From NCBI GenBank assembly GCA_002104945.1, contig MCFH01000028.1, forward strand, positions 62,001-126,000: a DNA stretch of 64,000 nt. The letters are read 5' to 3'. Position 1 is the stretch's first letter. Each line of letters opens with the position of its first letter. The translations under genes and the position numbers were made by a program. Positions 11,350 through 26,129 of the stretch are shown piece by piece. Origin of the DNA: Piromyces finnis finn (taxonomy: Eukaryota; Fungi; Neocallimastigomycota). The notes below the pieces were generated by a model. It made no database searches. It worked only from the letters and a program-made list of their open reading frames with translations, and was not told the DNA's origin.

Positions 11350-13851
11350 ATGAGAAGAATGAAAGTGGCGATGGATTCATCATTTGATCCATCTATATTT
11401 AATGCACCACTTACCTCAGATATTTCTTTGACTTCTTTATCACAGGCATCTGTAAATCCAAATTCTTCCCTTTCAATTACAGGTTATTACTATTACTATT
11501 ACTATTACTATTACTATTACTATTACTATTACTATTATTATTATTATTATATTCCTTAAACTTATTATATTTATAATTTGAAATTATTTTTTTTTAAAAA
11601 AATAAATACTAAAAATATACTCTTTTCGGTATACAACATTTTCTTTGATAGAAATGTCATTAAAAAAGCTAGAAAATCCACAATCAGTTATGATTATTTC
11701 AAAAGCTCAAGATAATCATGTTATTCGCTTAACCCAACAATTAGTGTATTGGCTTGTAATGTCACCAAAATCTGAAGAACAAGAAATTAGAGCTTCTCGA
11801 GAAATTCATATGTAAGTATAATTGAAATATTATTATTAATTTAAAAGAATAATGAATATATTATAATAATAATAATAATAATAAAAAAATTATGAAATTC
11901 TCATCATTTATGTTTTTATTTTATATATAATGAAATGTCAATTCATTTTTATCGATATGAATTCCTTTTTTATCACTACTATTGAATTAATATAAAGTTA
12001 TATTGATGGAAATTTAGCTCATAATCCAATATTTAATTACGAAAAATTATTAAAAATTCATCCAGATTTTAGAAGATTATTACATTTTTGGACGCCACAA
12101 TTTTGTGCAGAAACAGTAGGACTCTATGATTTGATTGATTTTATTATTACATTAGGGGGTGATGGTACTGTGTTATACGCATCATGGCTTTTCCAAAATT
12201 CACAAGTTCCACCAGTAATTCCAATTCATATGGGATCTTTAGGTTTCTTTACTGTATTTAACTTTAATTATGTATTTATTATTTTATCACGACTTCTTTC
12301 AAATAATGAAGCTTCAAATAACAAAGAAGATGAAATAAAGGAAGAAGACAGAAATGATATGTCATCTGGTTATTCAGGTTTTTTAAATGGTTATAAAGGT
12401 AAATCTAATACATTTATAGGACTTGAAAATTGTAAATCTTCATCAGAAGAATTTTATACAGAAGGCAAAAGTGGGTTATATTTTAATAACCGTGTTCGTT
12501 TTGAATGTACTATTTGGCGTTGTGCTAAAAGAAAAGGTGCTGACGATCCGGAATTAATTGCATATAAGCAAAGACAAAGAGAAAGAAAAAGAATACAACT
12601 TGAATTAGATAGAATTATTCCGGTAAAGCCAACGGAAAAGGGTGATGATGTTATTAATCAATTTAAAACTGAATATAAAACAGATATAGATAATAAATCA
12701 GATGATCTTTTTGCTGGTCCAGAAGAACAAAAATTTGATAATTTACCGGATAATCATACTAGTGGAGATCATCAAGTTTCATTAAACCCTGCATCTAAAC
12801 AACAATTATCATATTTGCATTCTCCTTCATTTATTTATACACCACCAAATGATATAAACTTTAAAGATAGATATTCTCGTCCAGTACCTACAGAAACTTT
12901 CCATATTTTAAATGATGTTGTTGTTGATAGAGGACCAAGTGCTTATATGAGTCATATGGAACTTTATGGTAACAATCGTCATTTAACTACTGTACAAGCT
13001 GATGGTTTGGTTGTTGCTACCCCAACAGGTAGTACTGCTTATTCTTTATCAGCTGGTGGTCCAATTGTTCATCCTCAAGTACAAACAATGATAGTCACAC
13101 CAATTTGTCCACGTAAGTATATTAAAATTTTATATATGTCTAAATATTTTTTTTTTTTTTTTTTTTTTAAAAAAAAAAGTCAATACTAATATAAAAAAAC
13201 GTATCACCTATATTTACCCCTCCCCTCTCATATTTAATCCTTTTATATATAAATATAATATAAATAGATACTTTATCCTTTAGACCTATGCTTTTACCAA
13301 ATGATATAGAATTAAAAATTATGGTACCTAAAGATTCTCGTAATACAGCATGGGCATCATTTGATGGAAGACATCGTATTGAATTAAAGCAAGGTGATTT
13401 CATTACAGTCACATCTAGTCGTTATCCAATGCCAACAATTTGCTTAAATGGACAATCCAATGATTGGTACAATAGTTTAAGAAGATGTTTAAAATGGAAT
13501 GATAGAGTTAGACAAAAGGCCTTTACATCACAGGATAGTTATATACCAGGACCTATATCAGTCAGTGCATTAAAATCAGAATTAGATGATGCCATAAATT
13601 CTATTATGGAAAATGCATCAGCGCTTCATCAAAATACAGCTAATAGTAATAATGGTGGTGAAGGTTCTGAATCTGTAACCATTAAAGAAATACCTATGAC
13701 CCATCCATTATTTTATAATTCCTATGATCCAAATAGTCGTTTTAGTGATAATGATTTATTATACCATTCCAATTTATATTCAAATCCAAATACCAATAAT
13801 TCTGATAATTTAGGTGCTAAAGTATCCTATCATGATATTGGTTTTGTCTAA
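11350..13851 (+). CDS. ATP-NAD kinase (Utr1/Yef1-like); exons approx. 11350-11482, 11652-11811, 11998-13112, 13268-13851
   Basis: [58 protein letters not shown], spliced [23 protein letters not shown]. Confidence 0.93.
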
Positions 13852-14261
13852 AAAAAAAAAAAAAAAAAAAAAAAAGAAATATAATTTAATTTATCATTAA
13901 CACACACACACAAAAAAAAAAGTAAAATAAAAAGATTATACATGGTATAATAATTATAAAGATATTATAATCATTAAAGCCTTTATATTTTTTTAATAAT
14001 AAAAAACGAAAATAATAATAAATAAAAAAAAAAAAAAAATAGGACATACGAATATACATAATAAAAGAAATATCTTTTTTTTTTTTTTTTTAATATATAA
14101 TTTAAATAATTTAAAAAAAAAAAATTGTATATTGTAAATAATTATTTCAAGATATATACAATTTTAAAAACAAAACAAAAACAAAAAAAAAAAAAGATCA
14201 AGGTCATGACAATTATTTTTCATCCTACTTGACATTATAATTAATACTAATAAAAAAAATA

Positions 14262-14295
<34 letters not shown>

Positions 14296-14626
14296 TTTCC
14301 AAGTAGGGTTTTTTTTTTTTTAATCTATAGATTTAAAAATTGCCATCCAACTACCACACCAATTTAATGATTTTTTTTTTTTTTTTTTTTTTTTTATTAT
14401 TGGTTTTATTTATTTATTTTATTTATTTATAATTGAATTAATTGATTTTTATCTTTTTTTTTTTTTTTTTTACTTTAATAAAATGCATTAGTTATATGAA
14501 AATAAATTTTCTTTTTTTTTTTTTTAATATTATTATTTTTTGTAAAGTTTTTTTTTTTTTATTTTTCGCTTTTATGTGTCTACTACTATATTTTAATTAT
14601 GTTTTTTTTTTTTTTTTGTTATATGC

Positions 14627-17600
14627 TTATACAGAGTTAATAATTTCGTCAGCCTTAGTTAAAGCTTCAATCATCTTCTTACATTCTCTTCTACGTTGTA
14701 AAGTCATGTCGGATTCCTTTAATAATTCTTCAAAGACATCCTTTTGGTAAAGTTCAGATAAAAGATGACGTTGTAATTCATCCTTGGAGTGATTAACTAA
14801 ATTAAGCATAATAGCCTTTGGTACAAGATCAGCAACAGTACGCTTAACAATAGCAAAGTAGGATTGTAATAATAATTCTAATTTTTTTTAAAAGTTTTAA
14901 TAGAAAATTAATTTATTTTAATGTCAGGGATTAGATTTTTTTTTTTTTTTTTAAATAACAAATTAAAATACTTACTAATCATTTCAGTTTCCATGTATTC
15001 ACGTTCAGATAAGTTACCAGAGGCCTTTAAAACTGGTGGTGGCTATATTAATTTATAAAACATTAAATGTTAAACTTTAAAAGAGTAAAATAATACATAT
15101 AATAATTTTAATATTTACGTTTTCAAGAACTCCTGGCTTCTTCTTTTTAGAGAAGAAGGAACCAAAGAAGCCGGTATTTGAATTTGATGAAGTATCATCT
15201 AATGGAGAACTAGCTCTCTTGTCCATACTAAGACTGTTCTTTTGATTTATTTTTTCTTGAACTTTAGCCATAGCCTAAGTTTTTTTAAAGAGGAATTATT
15301 AATTTTACAATTAACTTTTTTTTTTTTTTTTTTGATTCATCAATTTAATAATTTCCTTTTTTTTTTTTCAACTAACCTTATGACCACTTAAGAAATCTGG
15401 GTGAGCAGTGTTAATATAGCAGGCTTCAGCACTGATATTATGGAAATAATGATTTTATGAAATTAAAAAAAAAAAAATTAACAATAAATATTTTTCTTTT
15501 TCAAAATTAGTATCTTTCTATTATTGTACTTACGCAATAATGCTTTGAACAAGTTTATTAGTTGGAATAAGAGAGGTTTTGAAGAAAGTAATAACAGTAG
15601 AGTAAAATTGTTCCTTTAATGATGGGAAACGCTTAAAGACCTAAATTTTTTTAAAAAAATTTTTTTTTTTTATAATCAATATATGTTTAATATATAAAAA
15701 ATAATCGAATTATCTTAAAATCTAGAAATTAATTTGATAACTTTTTTTTTTTTTCCTTTTTATTTTATACTTACTTGTCTTTGAAGTAATTGATTTAAAA
15801 TACGAACTAATTCATCGTAAATCATATTAACACACTTTAAACTTGGATCTTCTAAACGCTTAATTTGTTGTTTGACTAAAACTTCAAAAGCAGTGCTGCC
15901 AACAAATAAAGCTGGTGATGAACCCTATTGATGTTGTTGATGATTAGATACTACTTTCAACGTTATTGGATAATTTATAGAGTTAAACAATACTTACAGA
16001 TGAATTGTACATAATAGTTCTTATATCAACATCCTTAATTTGATCAAATGGATCCATACTTGTGATAGCATCTTTAAAACTGTCATGGAAAACGTAACTA
16101 ATACGAGCACCACCACTAAGTTCGAAACTAGATAAATCATTTGAATTACCATCAATAATAGTACGGAATTCACTGCAGAATTCAGTAATAATATTTAAAA
16201 CTAAATTGGACTAAAAAAATATTGACATTTATATATATATATTATATTAAAACTAGTGAATTAATATGAATACATATTAAAGAGCTGTATAACACTTACG
16301 TGACTAGTGATATCTTCACCTAATGGATCACCAAGTTGAGCAAGCTCAGCTTGGTATTTTTGAAGGGAGGCTGCGATTTTAATCTTAATTTCAGGTAAAG
16401 TGTTTCTAATGTGGTGCATTAAAATCTTTTTATTTTGATAATTATTAAATTAAATTTAGTTATTGATACTTTTACCTTTTATCTAATTAATTGTAAACTT
16501 GCTAGTATTAAAAAATTTACCATATTTAATTTACGGGCTAAGAATGGAGTACCACAATATTGAGCCTTACTTTTGTAAGATGCATGATGTTCGAAGAATT
16601 GCTTTTCTGATTCAAGAGCCTTAGAAATTGATTTATTAGTTTCAATATCTCTTTGACCACGATTGACAACTGGAACGTAACCTAAACGTAATGGAATGAT
16701 ACGACCAGCTAAAATATCAATTACATCTGTACCAGAATCCATTAAATCAACCTTGGTTAAGACACCAATGGTACGAACACCTTCTGGATCAACTTCTCTA
16801 GCTAACTTAAGACCATCAGAGTTAGCAAGATCAGTGTTAGCAGCAGTAACAGCTAAAATGATTGCATTTGGTTTTGTAATATATTTTAAAATCATATCAC
16901 GGATAAGTCTTTCAATATCCTTTGGTTGGTCACCAACTGGAACTTTAGTAAGACCTGGAAGATCAACTAAGGTTAAAGTAAGAACCTTTGGAGAGAAGAT
17001 ACGGAGGTTAATTGGTTGATCACTGATTCCAGCATTCTTACCAACCTTAAGTTCAGTTTCTTTTTCAATTTCTTTTCTAATTTCAGTAAAATCGTAGAAT
17101 TTTTTGCCTGGTAAATGTAAGAATTCACCCCATTCATTCATGTTTTGTTCACTATCTTCGTATTCATTAACATTAGCGTTTGAATGAGAAGGGGATTTAG
17201 ATAAAGTTGGTGATTGAGTAGCACTAGCTGGTGCAGAATTGGTTAATCCATCTCTTTTATTAATTAATTGTAAAATTAAAGGTCTACGAGTGACAATACC
17301 AGTACCTCTATTATTGTTGTTATCATTATTGTATTTTCAATATTTTTTTTTTAATTGTTGGATAATATTTTTACGGGCATTAATTTGAATTTTATTGTAA
17401 AAAGAGTTGATTAGATTTTTATTAATTTTTATTTTAGTATCAAGTACTCGAGATTTTTATTTTATATTTTACTTAAATTTTGTTAAATAATAAAAAAATA
17501 TATATTAGTTTTAACATAAGTACCTTGGTAAAAAGTCTCTTCCAACAATGTTTTCTAAAACTGAACTTTTACCACTACTTTGTGAACCAATAACTACAAT

Positions 17601-17759
17601 CTATTGTACCATAAAGAAAAGTTAAAATTTATTTAACAATATTTAAAAATTATTTTATATAAATATAGTTACTTGTGGAAGGTCAATTGGATTTTGAACG
17701 CCAACGGTAGAGAAGGCATCTTGAAGTTTGTTAATTGTCTTGATTAAGTGACTGTCCAT
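14627..17759 (-). CDS. VPS1: Dynamin-related GTPase Vps1, multi-exon
   Basis: Starts [16 protein letters not shown]. Contains [25 protein letters not shown], an exon encoding [14 protein letters not shown], and a GED end ([21 protein letters not shown]). GT-AG introns on the minus strand. Confidence 0.93.
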
Positions 17760-19827
17760 TATTATTTTTTCTTTTTTATTGAATTTTTATTTATATGAAT
17801 AAAATATTCTATATTTTCGAACAAAAATATATGTGTAAAGAGATATATTAATATTAAAATAATTATAATACTGTAATATAAAAATTAAAAATCATTTTTC
17901 AAATTTTTTTAATATTCTTTATTATAAACTTGTGTAGTAAAAAACAAAATATTTTATCTTCTCGGTAATAAATAAAAATTTGCCACTAATTGATAGAAAT
18001 TAAATAATATGACAAAAATACAAAAAAACATTTTGAATTATGTAAATTTCATATATATTTTTATTTTATTACAATTTTGTTCTGATTGATTTTGAAATTT
18101 TTGATAAAATTACATATATTTCCAATTTTCATTTATTATAGTCTAATATTTATTTTGATTATTTTATTTTATCATAAATTTCTAATATTACTGAATAAAT
18201 CACTTTTTATTAAAAAAGGGACTATTAACTCTATTATAACATATTAATATCTTTTTTTTTTTTTTTTAATTACCTGTGTTATATTTATGGTTTTTTTTTT
18301 TTTTTGTTGTTGTTGTTGTTTTAATAGCTTTATTATTTGTAATTTATAAATTATAAATAGTTGTATTTATTAATTATAATTTTACAAATTAATCTATAAA
18401 TTATGGCCTTTTCAAATGATTTATTTATTTTTTTTTCTCTGAATATTACTATACAATATTATCTTAGGAATAAGCGTCAACTTATTAACTAGTTAATAAA
18501 GATAATATTTTATGGAAAAAAAAAAAAAAAAGAAAACAAATCAATATTTGATTTTGTTAGAAAATTGAGAAAGTAAAGAAAAAAAAAATTTTTTTATTGT
18601 TATTTTTTACATATATATAATTTTAATTAAATATAATTCTATATATATAATATATAATATATTAATCAATATATTTAATTATACTTTTTTTTTTAAAAAA
18701 AAACTTATCATGTACTACAACTTTTTTAATGAAAAATTAATTAAATAATTAATAATTTATTCATTTATTTATTAATATTAAAATTTATTATTTATTTAAT
18801 TATATCCATTGATTTAAAAAAAAAATGTTAAAACTCGTTTAATTTTACAAAATGGATATTCTGTAATGAAAATAACTCATATTTCTTAACATTTTATTGT
18901 GAATGGCGGAATCCATTAATGATATTCGACTATATTAAAGTTTATCAAATAACGGGCTATTTCTGTCTTCAAATGTCAATCATACAATTCAGTATTTATA
19001 GCAAGGATGTTGTAAGTATAGTATTGTGTTTAACTTTATGATTTATTATTAATAGTTTTTTTTTTAAATAATTATGAGTATACTTGTTATTATAAAAATT
19101 ATTCAAATATACTTAAAATTTATATTTTAATAAAATTGTGTGAAAATCATTCAAATATATAATTAAAATTAATGTCATATTAATTATGACTTTAATCATT
19201 AAAGTTTAAAGATTTATTTGAATTGTTCTTATTTTTGATTTGTACGACGTGATGTGACAGTAGTAATAATAATAAAAATTTTAAAAATTAAAAGAGATTT
19301 CAATATTGATGGAATTTATCTATAACATTGATCCTATTAGTATCTTAGAACATGTTAAGATTGCTCATATATAGAATAATATTTATACATTTAATTATTA
19401 TATTAATATTAATTGTAATAATCACTTTTAATAGTGTTAAAGATGTAAAAATAATGATTAATCTAGTATTTTTTATAATAATAAAAGATTTTAAGCATTG
19501 CTAATACCATTGAATAACTATTAAAAGTAGATTGGGCAAAATATATTATTTTACTTTGTTATTATAACTTATTTTGGTAGAATTTTAATAATTTCTATTT
19601 ATATAAGTAAAGATAAATTGTAATTCTCACAATTTAAATACTAAATAGTTATTAGAAAATGCATGTTGAAAATATATGAAAAGTATTTATAATAATATTA
19701 AAAATAGAATTAGATATTTTAGTTTTTTTAATATATAATTCATGTTGATTTTTTTAAGATTATTTATATTAATAATATTTATTGATTATTCTTATATATT
19801 TACACCATTTAATTTTAATTAGAATGC

Positions 19828-19957
<130 letters not shown>

Positions 19958-21214
19958 GAAATGCACTTAAAAGAGTTTGTCATTTTTTAAACTAGAATTT
20001 TTTAAAAAAAAAATTAATCTATGAAGGTTAGGTGGTTAATACATTTTTATTTTTACATTAAATTAAAAAGTAAATAGTACAAATTTTAAAAAAAAAAAAA
20101 ATTTTTATTTATAAATTATAATAAATAATAATAAAAAATAATAATATTTATTTATCACTTTTATGAAAATTAAAATTTCTTTTTTTTTTTTTTTTTTTAA
20201 TTTTTTATAAAAATATTTATATATAAGATATATAATAATAAAAAAATAATTGAACTTCATTTTTATTATTTTTTTTTATATTTATATATAATCATTGAAA
20301 CTTTTTTTTTAATTTTTTTTTAGTTATAAAAAAAAAAAGAAAATAAAAAGGAAAAGGATTTATTTATAAATAAAAATATAAATAAACATTTTTTTTTTTT
20401 AAAAAAAATACAGCACAATCAATAATAAATTTTATCATTGAAAATAGATAAAATACAGTTAGTATAATCATTCATTTATTCATATATATATCATAATAAA
20501 ATCCTAAAGGCCAACAATTATAAACATTTTATTTAAGAGTAAGTAGAATATCATTTTTGAATATGTGTTTTTTTTTTTCATTTTATATAGCATATATATA
20601 GGCTTTATTTATATAATTTAATCAAATAATTATATAATTTGAAAAACAGAGTATTATTATTATATGCACATTATCGTTAATATTTAAAGTATTTATATTT
20701 TATATGGAATATTTTTATACTTTATTATTAATGAACGGTGAATATATGATAAAGTAGCAAAGGAAAAATGAATTGAATTTTGCATTAATAACAGTTTTTA
20801 TAATAATATTTACTATATAGTTTTTAGATAGTTTTTTTTCTTTCTTTTTATATTCTTTAATTGAATTTTCTATATTAATTAATAGTATTGGTAATAATTT
20901 TATAATATTTAAAAATAATAAACAATTAGTATCCAATTTATATTAATTATTTACAAAGATAGTATTTATTTAAAACTCTTATTAATAGTATTAATAAAAG
21001 TTAAGCTAAAGAGGAATTGTTTAAAGTATAAATATATAATTATTAGAATAAATATATAAATATTTATATCATCACTACTAAAAATGAAATAAAAAAAGAC
21101 TTTTATAATTGATCAACCATTTATAGATAATAGTATATTTATTATTGTAATAATATATCTAAATTAAAAGTAAAATATTTACATTTATTAATAAATAGAA
21201 AAGACATTTTCAAG

Positions 21215-24200
21215 ATGAATACAAGAAAAAGTAATAATGGTAATGAAAGAATGCAAGGAGGAAGATCTCGTGGTAATCAAAGAAAGGATCATTTTAGAGA
21301 AGGTGGAATGAATTCTTTTCATAATAATAACTATCAAAGGTAGATATACAGTATTTACACTAATAATAATATTTTAGTAAATCAAAATTGTTCGACTAAT
21401 AAATTTAATTATAATAATCTAAAGACAAAAAATGAAGAATTCTAATATGATGAACAGAAATGATTCCTTTTCTAAATCTCAAGAACGTTATGAAAATAAA
21501 GATTCAGATTTTCCAGCTTTAGGCGAAACTCCAGATAGAAGAATGCACGATCGTTTATTATTCGTAATTATGAATATGGTGGTAAGTAAAATTATTATAT
21601 AATAATACTGAACTATAATTTTGTTTGATTAATTATGTAAAAATTTCTTTGAATTTAAAGGGAACAAAAGTTGAAGTTACTACTAAAAATGGAACTGTAA
21701 TTGAAGGTATTTTACATGGTACAAATACTGAAAGTGAATTAGGTGTTTGTTTAAAAATGGCAAAGAATATAACAGGTGAAAATAGTCAAAATAATTCTTA
21801 CATTCCAAATTTAATTATTATGGGTAAAGATTTAGCCCAAATTTCTGTCACTAATCTTGAATTAAACAAGCAAGAAAGAATGAGTTCTAGAGATAGTAAG
21901 ATTTTTTTTTTTTTTATTGAAATAAAAAAATTTCAAGTATTAATCTTATTTCATTTTATATTAGCATTTAAAACTGATTTAGCTATTTCTGGAAAGACTG
22001 GTGAAATATTTGAACGTCAATTACAAAAATGGGAACCAGAAAAGGATAATTATGATGTTAGTCTTGAACTAACCGATGATGGTAATGAAAAATGGGATCA
22101 ATTTGCAACCAATGAAAAATTATTTGGTATAACAACAGATTATGATGAAGAAATATATACCACTGCACTTGATCGTACTAAAGCAGATTTCAAGAAACGT
22201 GAACAAGAAGCAATTAAAATTGCAGCTGAAATCGAAAAGGCTTCAACTGAAAATATTCACCTTGCTGAAGAACGTGGTCAATTAATTGATGATGCTGATA
22301 TTGATGAAGAAGATAGATATGGTGCTGTTATTCGTAAACCAGGAAAGTATGTACCACCAAATCTTCGTAAACAAATGGAAGCCAATAAACAATCAAATAA
22401 ACAAAATACATTTGAACAAAAAAAGGATAAAGATAGTAAAGCAAAAACTGAACAAAAATCAAATGACAATAAAAATAAATCAACTACTACAACTAATACA
22501 TCAACTACTACAACTACTACATCTAATAACACAAATAATAAAGATACAGAAAGTAAAACAGCATCAGTCAATGCATCATCAAATAATAATACCAATGCTT
22601 CAGCAGTTAAAGGTCCATTGGCCAAAATTGAAAAGAAAACAAATTATAATGAAGCATCTAATAAGAGTGGAACAAATCAAAATAATATCCAAGAAGAATT
22701 AATCAACCACTTCAGACAATTCTCAAAAAAAGAAAAGGAACATTTACAACAAAAGAAACAAGCTATTATGAAAAAAGAAAAAGAAGGTATATTTAGTGAA
22801 TTTAAATTATTTAGTGAAAGCTTCAAACTTCCAGAATTAAAAGATTTACCATCAGACAAAGATTTATTAGATTCAGCAGATAAGACAGGAAAAGAATTAT
22901 ACAAAGCAAATATTGAAAAGGAAAAGAAAGAAACTTCTAAAAAAGATATACCAAAGAAAGAACCAGCTAATAATAAACAACCAAACCTTAAAAAATCAAT
23001 TACTATACCGCCAAATAATGACGATTCATTAAATAACAATGTTACTTTATCAGCTTCTGCTGCATCAACCAATACTACTAAGCAAAACTCATCATCAAAA
23101 TCAGTAAAGACTCCAGTGTCCGCACAAGCTTCTTCAGCTTTAGGAAAAACAGATAGCAAAAACGAATCCGCTGATCAAAAGAATAAGAATAATAATGATA
23201 TGACTGTTTCTGCATCTGTCAATTCTACTGCCTCAACAGAATCAAAGAGTACATCATTTAAATTTAATATTGAAGCTAGAGAATTTAAACCAAATCCATC
23301 TGCAACAGAATTTGTACCATCAAAGAATTTGTCTCAAAAGGGTTCATCTCAATCATCTAATGAAAAGGGCAATATATTCAATAAGAGAAATCAAAAAGGC
23401 AATATTTCTATTCATTCTATTTTTGTTAAAGGTTTCTTAAAAACAAACAATCAAAACACTAAAAATAATAATGCTAATATTAACCAAGGATCAGCTACTT
23501 GGAACTATGGTTCAAAACCATTTAAATCACAGTTTTCAGTTTCTTATGATGATGCTATGTACCAACCAATGGATCAACAATTTGGTTATTACATTCAACC
23601 AATACCATATCAAGTAAATTTACGAATTTTTTACTATTTTAAATGAATTAAATCTTAGATACATTTTAAATAACGTATATGAATTTTTTTTTTTTATTAA
23701 AATTAGGGACACCCTGTCATAAGAAGACCATACATTCCAATTTCTATGCAACCTGGATACCCTGTTAATGTAAAAAATTTTTTATAACTAAATTTATATT
23801 GAATATGTGATTAAATGTATATATATATTCCAATAAATATAGTATGTTCCAGCCCCAGCTTATGCAGCTCCAATGACTCATAACAGACCTGTTTATCCAC
23901 CAAATATGATGGGTCCACCAATGGCTGCTAGAATATATCAAGGTATATTTTGATATTATATAATATTTGTATCTCTATCTTTAATTTTACGCTAGATCGG
24001 TGTTATTAAAGCATCCTATTAATGTACAAATTTACTATTAAATTACTAACTATTAGGTCCTGTAATTGTTCCTACCTATCCAACTGAAATGATCCCACAA
24101 TTTTCTAATACTGTAATGATTCCACAACAACCAATTGTCATTGATCCAGGTATGATACCAACTGCCCAAGGCATGCCACAAGTCTATATTGCAGATCAAA

Positions 24201-24347
24201 TGATGGGTAATTATAATTATTAGTATAATAAAACTATTTCCATATAATAATACTTTTTTATATTTATGTATATTAATTTCCATGTCATTTTTTTAATAAA
24301 TAAAACAATAAGCAGAAGTTCCACCAGAACAACAACAACAATCATAA
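21215..24347 (+). CDS. PBP1: Ataxin-2/Pbp1 homolog (LSM, LsmAD, PAM2, Pro/Met-rich C-terminus), multi-exon
   Basis: Upstream exons encode MHDRLLFVIMNMVG and GTKVEVTTKNGTVIEGIL (LSM). Also FKTDLAISG, WDQFATNEKLFGITTDYDEEIYTT (LsmAD) and FNIEAREFKP (PAM2). Confidence 0.9.
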
Positions 24348-24634
24348 ATTCATAGATAAATAAATTTAATCAACATATTTAGAAGAAGCAAATATTAATT
24401 TACAAAATACCAAATAGTATTTTAAAATACTACCACTTTATAGTTGAACATATCATTTTTTTATTATTTATTTATTTTAAATTAATTTTTTTATTTTTTA
24501 TTTTAATATCTTGAACCATTTTTTTTATCTTGATTATTATTGTTTTTTATATATATTTCTTTTTTTTTTTTTTTTTTTTTATCATTTCTAAGAAAACATA
24601 TAATATAGGAAGAGGAAAAAAATACAATTTATTA

Positions 24635-24668
<34 letters not shown>

Positions 24669-25051
24669 AATAAATAAATAAATAATTAAAAAAAAACAAA
24701 AAAAAAAAAAAAAAAAAAAGAAACAAACCAAAAAAACAAAAACGAAAAAACAAAAACGAAAATAATTAATAGCAAATACAAATAAAAACAACACAGAGCA
24801 TAAAATAATAATACTAATAATACTAATACTAATACTAATAATTATAATAGTAATAATCAATTATCTAAGGTAATTTTTTTTTAAAAAAAATAAGAAATTG
24901 GAAAACACTAACTATAAAAATAAATATTTTAATAGTAGGTTAGATTACTTTGTTGTAGTCATGCAAATAATTTAATAATTTTGTGGTTTTATATTTTCTC
25001 TTTTATTTAAAAGTAATAATTAAATGTAAAAAATAGCATCATTCTTTTTCT

Positions 25052-25083
<32 letters not shown>

Positions 25084-26129
25084 ATATATTTACATTTTAT
25101 TTTTAATTTTTTTAATTAATTTTTCTGCAGATATGAAGGATAAAAATTTATTTATATTATTAAAAAATAAATAAATAATAAATAAATAAAAGTTTAAAAA
25201 AAAAAAAAAAATGAAAAGGAAGAATAAAACAAAAAAAAAAAAACAAAAATACAAAACTAAAAAAAACAAAAAACAAAAAACAAAAGTAAACAAGAAAATA
25301 ATTTTTTAATACATAAAAAAATAAATGTAAATGTAAAATATAAATATAGAGAAATATAATTAAATCAAAATCATTAAAGTATTAAAAAGACAAACATAAC
25401 ATAAATTCATAAATGTAATCATCATTATGTAAATATATACAAGATATATATAGTTTCAAATTTTTCAAAGATGTATTATAAATTTTTTGAATTTTTTGAA
25501 TTTATGTTTAAAAAAAAAAAAAAAACATTAAAGTAATGATAAGAATAGAAAAAAGAAAAAAAAAAAAAAGTTTACAAAATATTTCTTTTTATGTTTTAAA
25601 ATTATATATATATATATATATATTTTAAAAGGGATTGTGTATGTGTCTAATAAAATAATTTATTTCCCTTTATTTTAGTTTTACTGATATTCCTCTTATT
25701 ACTAAACATTATTCATTTCTTTTTTTTCTAAACTTTTTTTTTTTTAATATGCTGTCATGCTAAAGAAATTCAAGAGTTTATTCATATATGAAAAGGAAAA
25801 TCATGTATGGGGAATACTATCTAAAATATTATCCTAATTTAAAATTTATTAATGCTACATATGTGATATAAGGTCTAATTGCATAGTATATATAAATAAC
25901 ACTTTGTTAAAAAACAGCAACTATAATAAATTTTAATAATGAAAATTATATTTTAATATTTAAAAATTTAATTTAAATTTTTTAATTAAAATTTTTTATT
26001 ATTTTTTTAATAAAAAGGATATATATATTTTTTTAAAAAACTCTATCTTTTTTTTTTTTATACACTTTTACTATTTTTCATATCTATTTCTTTTATAATT
26101 AATATTAAATAATAAAAAGTAAAAAGAAA

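Noticed and set aside
18840-19030. Slightly GC-richer, exon-like patch ending in GTAAGT
   Set aside because: No recognisable protein motif, no clear start or partner exons.
24547-25293. Phe-rich minus-strand ORFs
   Set aside because: Translations of poly-A tracts. The poly-I, poly-Y and poly-N ORFs elsewhere (5020, 19769, 32629, 61513) are likewise microsatellite artefacts.
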